From Candidatus Nanohalalkaliarchaeum halalkaliphilum (GTDB lineage: Archaea; Nanohalarchaeota; Nanosalinia; Nanosalinales; Nanohalalkaliarchaeaceae), in NCBI GenBank assembly GCA_022729315.1, contig JALDAF010000003.1, forward strand, positions 1-41,719: a stretch of 41,719 bases of DNA, written 5' to 3'. Positions 34,161-41,719 of this stretch are shown here, piece after piece. The notes below the pieces were generated by a model. That model saw nothing but the letters and a program-made list of their open reading frames with translations. It had not been told where the DNA came from and searched no databases. Position numbers and translations under genes: made by a program. How positions within the stretch are numbered: the stretch's first letter is position 1; each line of letters begins with the position of its first letter.

Positions 34161-35702
34161 CTACAGTCTTTTAAATAGGTTATTGAAAAACGTGGTGATA
34201 TGGTACCCGATTTCGTGTAAAAGATCCAGTAAAACGTCTTCTAACGGTTCATCAGACTGCAGCCGGCTCACCATGTGATCTGCAGGTTCTGGCCGTTCAA
34301 CGGGCTGTATCTCGATCTCACGGGTTGTATCATCGATTGTGACCGTTTCCGGTGCCTCCAGTTCGAACGCGTTCATCTCTGCAAGACAGGTTTCGAACGC
34401 TTCCCTGTCCGGATCCTGCTCGTTGTAACACGGTGTAAAGTCCGTTCCCATCAGGGATAACACTGTTTCAGTTTCCTCCTTTGCGGTCCCGGCGCTGTCA
34501 CCGTCTTTCTCCCGTAGTTCGCTGTACACGTCGTGCAGCGCATCGAACCCGTGCTCCTCCACGTACAGGCGGATGATGAGTTCGCCGAACGCATATCCGA
34601 ATACACGTTTTTCATGTGTTTCCGCGTTTCGCGGGGACCAGTCGTACATCCGGTCCTCATCGTTCTCGTAGTACTCCCACAGCTGGTCCGGGGTGCCGCG
34701 TGGCGGGAGGGTGTACTGGTGGCGGCCGTCCCGCCAGGTCTTCCGCTCACCGAAAAGCTCCGGTGTTTTCACGCCCCGCTCGTGGTTGACAACGCTTTCC
34801 AAATATTTTGCGGTTCCTTCGTCGAACCACATCACGCGGGAGTCAGACCAGCGTAGAGCCTGTTCGTTGATGCCGTGCAGTGTCTCGTGCAGGAGGATGG
34901 CCGGCATGCTGTCGTCGTCCATCATGCTTTCCCGGATCAGGATCAGTCCACCGGTCCGGTACTGTCCGGCACTCCACCGATCGATATCCGCGTCGTATTC
35001 ACTGTCCGGCAGTATGACCACCGGGTATTTGTTCTGCTGGGGGTCGTACCCGGTGAATGCCGGGGCCAGCCAGTACAGGTCATCGGGTTCTGACAGGTTT
35101 CCTTCACCGAACCGCACGTAGTTCTCATACGTCACCCCGCCATCACTGATCGCCATATGGAGGTTAAGCGGTCCTTCGCCGTCGTACACTGCCCTGTGTT
35201 CTTCAAGCAGGTGATCGAATCCCGGTGTCTGGGACGAGGTGAGGATCCGTTCATCCACGTACACCGTTGCCTGTGTGACCTGGTCGGGTACGTCATCCCG
35301 GCGATCCGGAAATCCTGAGAGCTGCAGCTGTATCCGCTTCAACTCGCCGTACTCCGATGAGACGATGTTATCCGTCACAAACTGGATGTCAACCACTTCT
35401 TTCGTCTGTGGACGGGGATGCGGGTTGGTCTCGAACTCGATCGTCCGCCCATCGAAACTGTACTCCTCTATCTCGCCCCGGGTGTCCTCCATGTGCAGGA
35501 TCTCGGAATTCGGCGGCGTCGACCAGCTTGTCCGCCAGTGGGTGACCGTCTCATCCGGACTGCTGGTGTACAGTTCGAACGAAACGTTGACGTACGCCGT
35601 CTCATCCTCTACCGAGATGTTGTACGACGTGATCGCGGCACCACTCCCCGCGAACACGACCAGCAAGACGAGCAGAAACACGAAGCGTGGAACCCTGGCC
35701 AT
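34161..35702 (-). CDS. Exported gluzincin metallopeptidase (MA clan)
   Basis: Signal peptide MARVPRFVFLLVLLVVFAGSGAA; LLHETLH...WFDEGTA; downstream GYAFG. Confidence 0.8.
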   Translation of the reverse strand: MARVPRFVFLLVLLVVFAGSGAAITSYNISVEDETAYVNVSFELYTSSPDETVTHWRTSWSTPPNSEILHMEDTRGEIEEYSFDGRTIEFETNPHPRPQTKEVVDIQFVTDNIVSSEYGELKRIQLQLSGFPDRRDDVPDQVTQATVYVDERILTSSQTPGFDHLLEEHRAVYDGEGPLNLHMAISDGGVTYENYVRFGEGNLSEPDDLYWLAPAFTGYDPQQNKYPVVILPDSEYDADIDRWSAGQYRTGGLILIRESMMDDDSMPAILLHETLHGINEQALRWSDSRVMWFDEGTAKYLESVVNHERGVKTPELFGERKTWRDGRHQYTLPPRGTPDQLWEYYENDEDRMYDWSPRNAETHEKRVFGYAFGELIIRLYVEEHGFDALHDVYSELREKDGDSAGTAKEETETVLSLMGTDFTPCYNEQDPDREAFETCLAEMNAFELEAPETVTIDDTTREIEIQPVERPEPADHMVSRLQSDEPLEDVLLDLLHEIGYHITTFFNNLFKRL

Positions 35703-35768
35703 AGACAGGTATTGGACTGGAACGGTTAAAATAGGTTGCTCCACGTGATACGGGTGTGCCGGAGATAC

Positions 35769-36506
35769 CTACTCAGGCACGTCAAAGTCGTGGAACTTTC
35801 GTTCATGCTCCTGTGAGAGGATGTCCAGGGCGATCGCAGCACCGTCACCGGCGGAGATCACGGCCTGGATCCTGTTGTCCCGGATCGTCCACCCGCCGGC
35901 GTACACCCGCTCCATGCTGGTGCGGCCGTACCGGTCCGCCTTCACGACCCGGGTACCGTCCAGGTCCTCGAACGCGAGTCCCAGCGACTCGGACAGTTTC
36001 CGGCCATCCCCCTCCGCCAGCACCAGGTATTTGGACCCGTAATGACTGCCGTCCGACGTGGTGATCCGGAACCCGCCGTGCATCGGCTCAACCTTCTTCA
36101 CGAACGCGGTGTGGAGCGTGGCACCGAACGCTTTGCACTGGTCCCGCACCGTGTCCGCGAACGCTGACCCGCCGATCGCATCGATCCCCGGATAGTTGTA
36201 CAGGTAGGCATCATGCAGATACGTCTCGTTCTCACCGAACACAGACACGTGCTTGATATCGTTCTTCGCCAGATACAGTGCAGCAGTCAACCCGGTCGGA
36301 CCGTCTCCGACGATGTTGACACCCTGCTGGTACGGCAGCAGTTCTTCCATGCTGACCTCGTCCTGCTCCTGCACGGCATCAGAAACCTGTGACGCGACTC
36401 TTCCGTTACCCTCACTTACAGCGGTTTTCTCCTGTTGATCGGGTTCAACGTGATCGTCTTCCGTGGTGGACGGATCTTCAGATGCGTCATCCATACGTCT
36501 TCTCAT
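35769..36506 (-). CDS. FAD-dependent oxidoreductase, short thioredoxin-reductase-like family
   Basis: IVGDGPTGLTAALYLAK, LYNYPGI, LVLAEG, TSMERVYAGG, QAVISAGDGAAIA; no CxxC/NADPH domain; acidic N-terminal extension. Confidence 0.85.
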   Translation of the reverse strand: MRRRMDDASEDPSTTEDDHVEPDQQEKTAVSEGNGRVASQVSDAVQEQDEVSMEELLPYQQGVNIVGDGPTGLTAALYLAKNDIKHVSVFGENETYLHDAYLYNYPGIDAIGGSAFADTVRDQCKAFGATLHTAFVKKVEPMHGGFRITTSDGSHYGSKYLVLAEGDGRKLSESLGLAFEDLDGTRVVKADRYGRTSMERVYAGGWTIRDNRIQAVISAGDGAAIALDILSQEHERKFHDFDVPE

Positions 36507-36549
36507 AGCGTTCCAGTGTTAAAATAGTGACTGGTCATGATCGACCGAT

Positions 36550-37047
36550 CTACTGTTCGGATGTGAGCAATGCCTTCAGCCCGTCCCTGTTGATACGACC
36601 CTCTCCCCGGCCCACGTACTCGATCACGGCCTCGCTCTCATGGTTGCTGCACTGCACGACACGCCGGAAATACCTGTCTGTCCGCCCATTCTCCCCGTGC
36701 TCCAGCAGATCATCGTAATCGAAGTTAACAACGTCTGCATCGTCATCCCGCGAGAACACGTCAGTCACATCTTCATCATCCTGCAACGTGATGGGATAGG
36801 TGCGGGTACGCAACGTATCATTCTCCGTCTCTATACGTGGATGCTGCTCCAGCCTCCGATTCGTACAGCAGGGGCACGTGTACCGGAACGCTTCTTCCTC
36901 CTGCAGCTCATATTCCTGCCGGTCCCACGCCTCCATCTGCTCCCGGCTCACAGACATATCTTCGATCGAGGGATGGCCGTCATCCTCTGACTCCCAGTCG
37001 TACACCGTGGGCATCACTTTATACCGATCGGACCGTTCCTGCACCAT
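36550..37047 (-). CDS. Hypothetical acidic protein with possible Zn-binding CPCC...CxxH
   Basis: Start trimmed to MVQERSDRY after a G-rich RBS; YTCPCC and VQCSNH motifs. Confidence 0.6.
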   Translation of the reverse strand: MVQERSDRYKVMPTVYDWESEDDGHPSIEDMSVSREQMEAWDRQEYELQEEEAFRYTCPCCTNRRLEQHPRIETENDTLRTRTYPITLQDDEDVTDVFSRDDDADVVNFDYDDLLEHGENGRTDRYFRRVVQCSNHESEAVIEYVGRGEGRINRDGLKALLTSEQ

Positions 37048-37189
37048 ACGCACATCCCCCCCCTCATATACGAACCCACTGAATATAAGCTTTGTTAATG
37101 AATCATGGATATAACAAAACATTTGTTTATGATCTGGGAGAGCGAAAACGGGACGAGGCTTAAGTAGCTTACCGAACCAACCAAAGTGT

Positions 37190-37492
37190 ATGGGCGGTAA
37201 ACCGGCGTACCAGCGTGAGATCGCGGAAGAACGCATCCGCATCCTGTTCGATGAGGCGGAAAACGTGTTCGATGCGCATCCAGAACGGTCTGACCGGTAC
37301 GTTGAGATCGCCCGCACCATCGCCATGAAGTTCAACCTGTCCATGCCGGACGAGTTGAAGGAACGGTTCTGTCCGGACTGCTACGCGTATTGGCGGCCAG
37401 GAAAGAACGTCAGGATCCGGATCAAGAACGGGGCGAAGGTGTACACATGTGATGAATGTGGTGGCGTGACGCGCCGCCCCTACCAGAAGTAA
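37190..37492 (+). CDS. rnp4: Ribonuclease P protein component 4 (Rpp21)
   Basis: IAEERIRILF, RYVEIARTIAMK, RFCPDC...PG...RIR...TCDECG...RRPY. Confidence 0.95.
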   Translation: MGGKPAYQREIAEERIRILFDEAENVFDAHPERSDRYVEIARTIAMKFNLSMPDELKERFCPDCYAYWRPGKNVRIRIKNGAKVYTCDECGGVTRRPYQK

Positions 37493-37502
37493 TACCGGTA
37501 CG

Positions 37503-38426
37503 TTACAGGGCAGCGAACACAACTTCTAACAGCATCCAGCCAACACCGAACCCTGCGACCGACCCGATCGCCACCGGAGGGATGGCAGGGTAGAACCTGC
37601 CTGCCTGTGCCTTTACCAGCAGGAAACTGAGGCCTGCTGCCGCGCCCAGTACCGACACGACCGCGACGAACATGCCGTAGTCCGGAAGGAGCGTGGCCGC
37701 GAACACGAGCGGGATCACGATGTCGCCACCGCCCAGCAGCCCGACACCCCCCTTCTTGCTTGCTGCATCCGCTCCTTCTGATGCAGCATCCGCGGGTTCA
37801 ACCTCGTCTTCCGCACGGTATACAGCGCTGTCTCCGTCCTCCATATCCGTGTCTTCGAGTGGGATACCGCCGTCTTCCTTGGGGTAGGTGAATCCCATGA
37901 ACGTGTTGGTCTGTACACCGCTCTTCGCAAGGTTGACCATGTGTTCGCTGATGTTGACGGAGAAGTAGTCGTACAGGGAGAGCACGACCAGCAGTACCAG
38001 TGCGGCCTGGAGCCCGATGACGCTGCCGAAGAACGCGCCAGCACCGGCGAAGGGGAAGATCATCAGAACGTTCCGCAGCATGTGATCCTTTGAATATACG
38101 ATCCCGAGCAGGACCGCGGCCGTGGCGATAAGCCCCAGTATCGATTCGAATACCGTGGTGAAGAATATGAGGGTTGTCAGTCCCAGCGCCAGCACCAGCC
38201 AGCCCTTCACCGCGAAGTTCAGCTTGTATTTATACAGGAGCAGGAGCAGTACTGTGGCGATCCCGATCATAAGGAAGAAGTACAGTCCGAACTCTGCAGA
38301 GCTGTGTTGCTCCGCGGTTTCCCGTACCTCCTCGTGCTGCTGGAGCTCCGCCGCCGCTACAAGCCCCAGTCCATTCGTTATCAGGAAGAGCGTTATCAAA
38401 AAGATGATCGAGTCGTACCTGCCCAT
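37503..38426 (-). CDS. Presenilin/SPP-family intramembrane aspartyl protease (PSH)
   Basis: Multi-TM; LYDYFSV, LGGGD, YPAIP motifs. Confidence 0.92.
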   Translation of the reverse strand: MGRYDSIIFLITLFLITNGLGLVAAAELQQHEEVRETAEQHSSAEFGLYFFLMIGIATVLLLLLYKYKLNFAVKGWLVLALGLTTLIFFTTVFESILGLIATAAVLLGIVYSKDHMLRNVLMIFPFAGAGAFFGSVIGLQAALVLLVVLSLYDYFSVNISEHMVNLAKSGVQTNTFMGFTYPKEDGGIPLEDTDMEDGDSAVYRAEDEVEPADAASEGADAASKKGGVGLLGGGDIVIPLVFAATLLPDYGMFVAVVSVLGAAAGLSFLLVKAQAGRFYPAIPPVAIGSVAGFGVGWMLLEVVFAAL

Positions 38427-38483
38427 ACACATAATGCGTGCGCAGGCATACATTAAAAACATGGCAGGTAATGTTAGTGATGC

Positions 38484-39443
38484 ATGGCCACCTACCTCTT
38501 CTTGCTTTCACAGGAACACCCGGAAATCCCTGCCGCGGAAGCACGGGCAGTTCTCAACGCAGAGAACATCGACTACCGTGTGAAGGAGCAGGAGGACAGT
38601 ATGCTGTTCGTGGAATCCGATGACATCAAAGCGGAGGCGGTAGACCGGCTGGCGATGACGTTCGAGGTCGCGGAGGTCCTCCACCGGTTCAAACCGGACC
38701 AGTACCAGAAACTGGCTGCCAAACCGTTGTCTGTGGACGGATCGTTCGCCGTCCGCAAAGAATACCTTGACGACACGGAGGCACCGGACGAACTGGAGCG
38801 GAACGTGGGCCGTATCATCGACAAGAATACCGACGGCCACGTCAACCTTAACGCCCCGGACACCCTGTTCCGCGTCTACCTGTACGACGACACCGCATAC
38901 CTGTCACGGATCGTTGCGGATATCGACCGGTCCAGCTACGAACAACGGAAGAACCAGTTCCGCCCATTCTCTTCTCCCGTATCCCTCCATCCGCGGCTGG
39001 CACATGCACTTGTCAACCTGTCGGAGGTTCCATGTGACGGCACACTGCTGGACCCCTTCTGCGGGACCGGCGGCATCCTGCTCGAAGCCGCACTCATCGG
39101 CTGCGACGTCCACGGCCTCGACATTCAGGACGAGATGGTGAATGGAAGCAGGAAGAATCTGGAGGCGTTCAACGTCGAAGGAGACATCCGTAAAGGAAAC
39201 GTAGAGGATGTGAACGACATATTTGACGATGCTCTCCCGGTGGACGCGGTCGTCACCGACCTACCCTACGGGAAAGCCTCCAAGATCAAGGATGACCCGA
39301 CCGACACGTTCCTCGAACTGATAGACGACCTCGCCGACGAGAAAACCGTGTTCATGACGGACAAAGACGATCTCGATGGATACGAACCGGCGTTCGAGAT
39401 CTATGTCCACCGATCCCTCAACCGCTACGTCTACATCGTGTGA
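38484..39443 (+). CDS. trm11: tRNA (guanine10-N2)-methyltransferase Trm11 (THUMP plus Rossmann MTase)
   Basis: LSQEHPEIP, RPFSSPVSLHPRLA, LDPFCGTGGILLEA, TDLPYG, VHRSLNR. Confidence 0.92.
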   Translation: MATYLFLLSQEHPEIPAAEARAVLNAENIDYRVKEQEDSMLFVESDDIKAEAVDRLAMTFEVAEVLHRFKPDQYQKLAAKPLSVDGSFAVRKEYLDDTEAPDELERNVGRIIDKNTDGHVNLNAPDTLFRVYLYDDTAYLSRIVADIDRSSYEQRKNQFRPFSSPVSLHPRLAHALVNLSEVPCDGTLLDPFCGTGGILLEAALIGCDVHGLDIQDEMVNGSRKNLEAFNVEGDIRKGNVEDVNDIFDDALPVDAVVTDLPYGKASKIKDDPTDTFLELIDDLADEKTVFMTDKDDLDGYEPAFEIYVHRSLNRYVYIV

Positions 39444-40857
39444 GCAGTTCTCCTGTCCATTTACGGATTACTCCGGCACGTGACAGCAGTAGAGATACCA
39501 GCAACAGCACAACGAACCCTGTGATCGCTGCCGTCTGCGCGTATTCGGATACGATATGTCCGGTCAACCTGCCATGCTCCTGATGTTCTTCGGGCTCTTC
39601 AGAATCCGCTACCGTTGCATTGCCAGGATCGGTCTCACCGGTCTCGTCCAGCGCAGTTTCTTCACCGTCTTCAGGCGTGTGCTCCGTCTGGTCGACACAA
39701 CTCCGTTCCTCGATCGGCCGCTGCTCATGGTTCGGGAAACAGGACTGGGATGGTTCACAGCTCCGGTACTGTGTTCCATCCATGCAGGCAGACCATTCGC
39801 TGCACGACCAGTCATCGCCGATGCACGCTTGTGCCGGTGATGTGCGGGACAGGTCACGTTTGTCGCTGTCTGCGGGTGCATCTGTCGTGCCGTCATGGTC
39901 TGGGCCAGATGCATCTGCTTCGTCATCATCTGCATCCCTCCTGTCGGGGCTACGCTTCTTCCGATCATCTGTATCGCCTGGCGCTGATTCCGTGCTGAAC
40001 AACGCTTACACGCCGGTCTCATTGACCGGTGCCGTGATCTGCCGCGGCTTCATGTGTACCGTGCTATCAAGCCGTTTCCACTGCGTTCCGTCGTGCTGGT
40101 AGATGGCGAGCGTGGACGGTTCCGTGGCTGCGCTGTAGTCGAACGTGATCGTGCCGTCAAACGGAACTGCTGCCGTTTCCGTGCCCACGTCGAGGCCGAG
40201 ACCGCTCACCAGTTTCCGGCCGTCTGGTCCCGGAATCACAAGGGTGTCGTACGGTTCTACTGTCACGGTCGCGTCCTGTGAGGCGTTTACCGTGACTGTG
40301 ATGCCGTCCAGTACGATCCGTGTATCCGCGTGTTTCGGTGCAGGTTCCCGTACCGGTGGCCTGGCCGGGAGCCCGATCCGCGACAGGACGTCCATCCGGA
40401 AGTGGTACGTTCCCGGCGCCGTGTTCAATGCAGTCATGATCTCCGTGTTGAGCGTGTTCCAGGACGGCTGCGTGGTACCGGGTAGCACCGTGGTGTCGTT
40501 GGAGCTGCAGAGGTAGACGCCTTCATACGGGTTCCGGTTCCCGACGTACCGGCAGTCCAGTTCTGCGGTCTGTGACCGTTCAGTGTTCTCCGACAACAGT
40601 GTCGTGGAAAGCGTGAACTCGCCGCCGTTGATACCTTCTGATGACACCGCGGTCAGCACGGTGTATACCGGGAGCGGCTGCCGCACGTGGTTCTCGAACG
40701 CGACCGTCACCTGGTCCGTGTCACCGGCGGTCAGGTTGTTGCCAAAGCCTTCGATGGTTTCGACGTGCCGGATCGGGCCTTCCGGTGTGGGGAGCGCGGT
40801 CGCTGTCACCCCTGCGAACCCTATCAGCAGTACCAGTACGAGCAGCGCACGGTTCAC
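39418..40857 (-). pseudogene. Cell-surface protein interrupted by one in-frame TAA (40006-40008)
   Basis: ORFs 40006-40857 and 39418-40002 share a frame: ...NETGV*ALFSTES.... Joined product has a signal peptide, beta-rich domains, a Cys motif WSCSEWSACMDGTQYRSC and a C-terminal TM anchor. Confidence 0.75.
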
Positions 40858-41396
40858 TGTATGTCCACCTCCACGCGTGTCGCCCCGTCCACCTTCACAT
40901 CGTACCGTACGTGGTCCGCACCGGTCCGTTCCTCGAGCTGGTAATAGAAGTGTTCCACGTTCACCGGCTGAATCTCTGCGTCACACTGTGCAGTGTACGT
41001 CTGGTACGTGTCTCCCGTTACCTGTACCCGTTCACTGCACAGGGTGTACGCGCCGGTACTGTTGAAGTGACCGAATGTCATCCGCAGTGGCTCAGAATCT
41101 GTGGTGTTCAGCCGTGCCATGACGGTCAAGTCTGCCGTGATCGGGTAGAAGTCGGGCTCGTCCAGCCGGTCGCTCGAAAACAGTTCCGTGTCGAACGACA
41201 ATCCCTCACTTTCCAGCGTGTACACGGCCGTGTTCTTCGGTGGTGTGTTCACCAGGAGCTGGTTGTCCTCACCGGCGTAGAACGTTGGACCATCGATGGC
41301 GGCCACGCCATGCACCATTCCGTACACCGTGGTGAGCGCTGCGGCTCCGGTGCCGGCCAGCAACAGTATCAGGAGCACTGGCGTGACCCGTTTCAT
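40854..41396 (-). CDS. Exported beta-rich protein
   Basis: Start trimmed to MKRVTPVLLILLLAGTGAAA signal peptide; ATGA overlap with the next gene. Confidence 0.78.
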   Translation of the reverse strand: MKRVTPVLLILLLAGTGAAALTTVYGMVHGVAAIDGPTFYAGEDNQLLVNTPPKNTAVYTLESEGLSFDTELFSSDRLDEPDFYPITADLTVMARLNTTDSEPLRMTFGHFNSTGAYTLCSERVQVTGDTYQTYTAQCDAEIQPVNVEHFYYQLEERTGADHVRYDVKVDGATRVEVDIQ

Positions 41397-41403
41397 GGGG
41401 GAA

Positions 41404-41477
41404 TGCGGCTCCGGGAATCGAACCCGGATATGGGGGGTCGGGGGAAGGGGAGAGAAAAGAGACGCACCAGCGCCGCA
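41404..41477 (-). other. tRNA-like element (acceptor-like stem plus T-arm)
   Basis: TGCGGC...CCGGG-TTCGATT-CCCGG-A-GCCGCA; the middle is a pyrimidine tract without D or anticodon arms. Confidence 0.55.
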
Positions 41478-41526
41478 GTACAGTCCGAAGCTCTCCCTAA
41501 AAAGGGAAAAGGTGGAGAGGAGCGTT

Positions 41527-41718
41527 TTAGTGCTCCTCCCAGTTGGATGGTCGCAGGTTGGACTCGACCGTGTAGTCATCCGGTGCCAGTGCAATGTCGA
41601 ACTGGTTCAGGATGGCTGCATCGTACGCAGTCCCGGCATCAACAGTGAATTCCTCGCTGTCTTCGTAATAGGTGAAGAGCGTGTCACCGTTGAACCGGAC
41701 GTCGTGGTAGTATAGGTC
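41527..41718 (-). CDS. C-terminal fragment of an acidic, probably exported protein (5' end outside window)
   Basis: Hand translation DLYYHDVRFNGDTLFTYYEDSEEFTVDAGTAYDAAILNQFDIALAPDDYTVESNLRPSNWEEH*. Confidence 0.7.
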   Translation of the reverse strand, partial: DLYYHDVRFNGDTLFTYYEDSEEFTVDAGTAYDAAILNQFDIALAPDDYTVESNLRPSNWEEH

Positions 41719-41719
41719 G

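Noticed and set aside
40006-40008. Stop-codon reassignment or Sec/Pyl readthrough
   Set aside because: The codon is TAA, which terminates many clear genes here (ndk, rps6e, rpl7ae).
41404-41477. Functional or split tRNA gene
   Set aside because: No D-arm, anticodon arm or BHB-forming leader, and the acceptor pairing is only 5-6 bp.

Overview
Gene-dense, GC-rich archaeal DNA with very acidic proteins and short, often leaderless intergenic gaps. This fits a halophilic DPANN archaeon, most likely Nanohaloarchaeota-like (inference from protein style and gene content). From left to right it holds: a class III signal peptide (pilin-like) operon ending in a large vWA-containing adhesin; a SPOUT methyltransferase, an SDR, ndk and a Nudix hydrolase; a HerA-like ATPase; an intron-containing tRNA-Val(TAC) followed by hairpin-separated copies of its own 3' end and an AT-richer islet encoding a protein with a degenerate LAGLIDADG-like C-terminus; and an 8.2 kb cluster of four RimK-type ATP-grasp ligases, two carboxypeptidase families (M14 AstE/AspA and DUF1704/MATCAP-like), a VLRF1-like protein without its catalytic loop and an MscS channel fused to a dead C39-like domain. 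That cluster is the best candidate for an undescribed system (glutamylation write/erase or peptide-polymer metabolism). Further right are aIF2-gamma, eS6, MscS/TrkH/TrkA interrupted by two paralogous pilins, a kinase-like gene, aIF5B, eL24, eS28, L7Ae, GluRS, a gluzincin, Rpp21, a presenilin homologue, Trm11, and an exported-protein operon with an in-frame TAA and a tRNA-like intergenic element. All calls come from reading motifs by eye; no searches were run.
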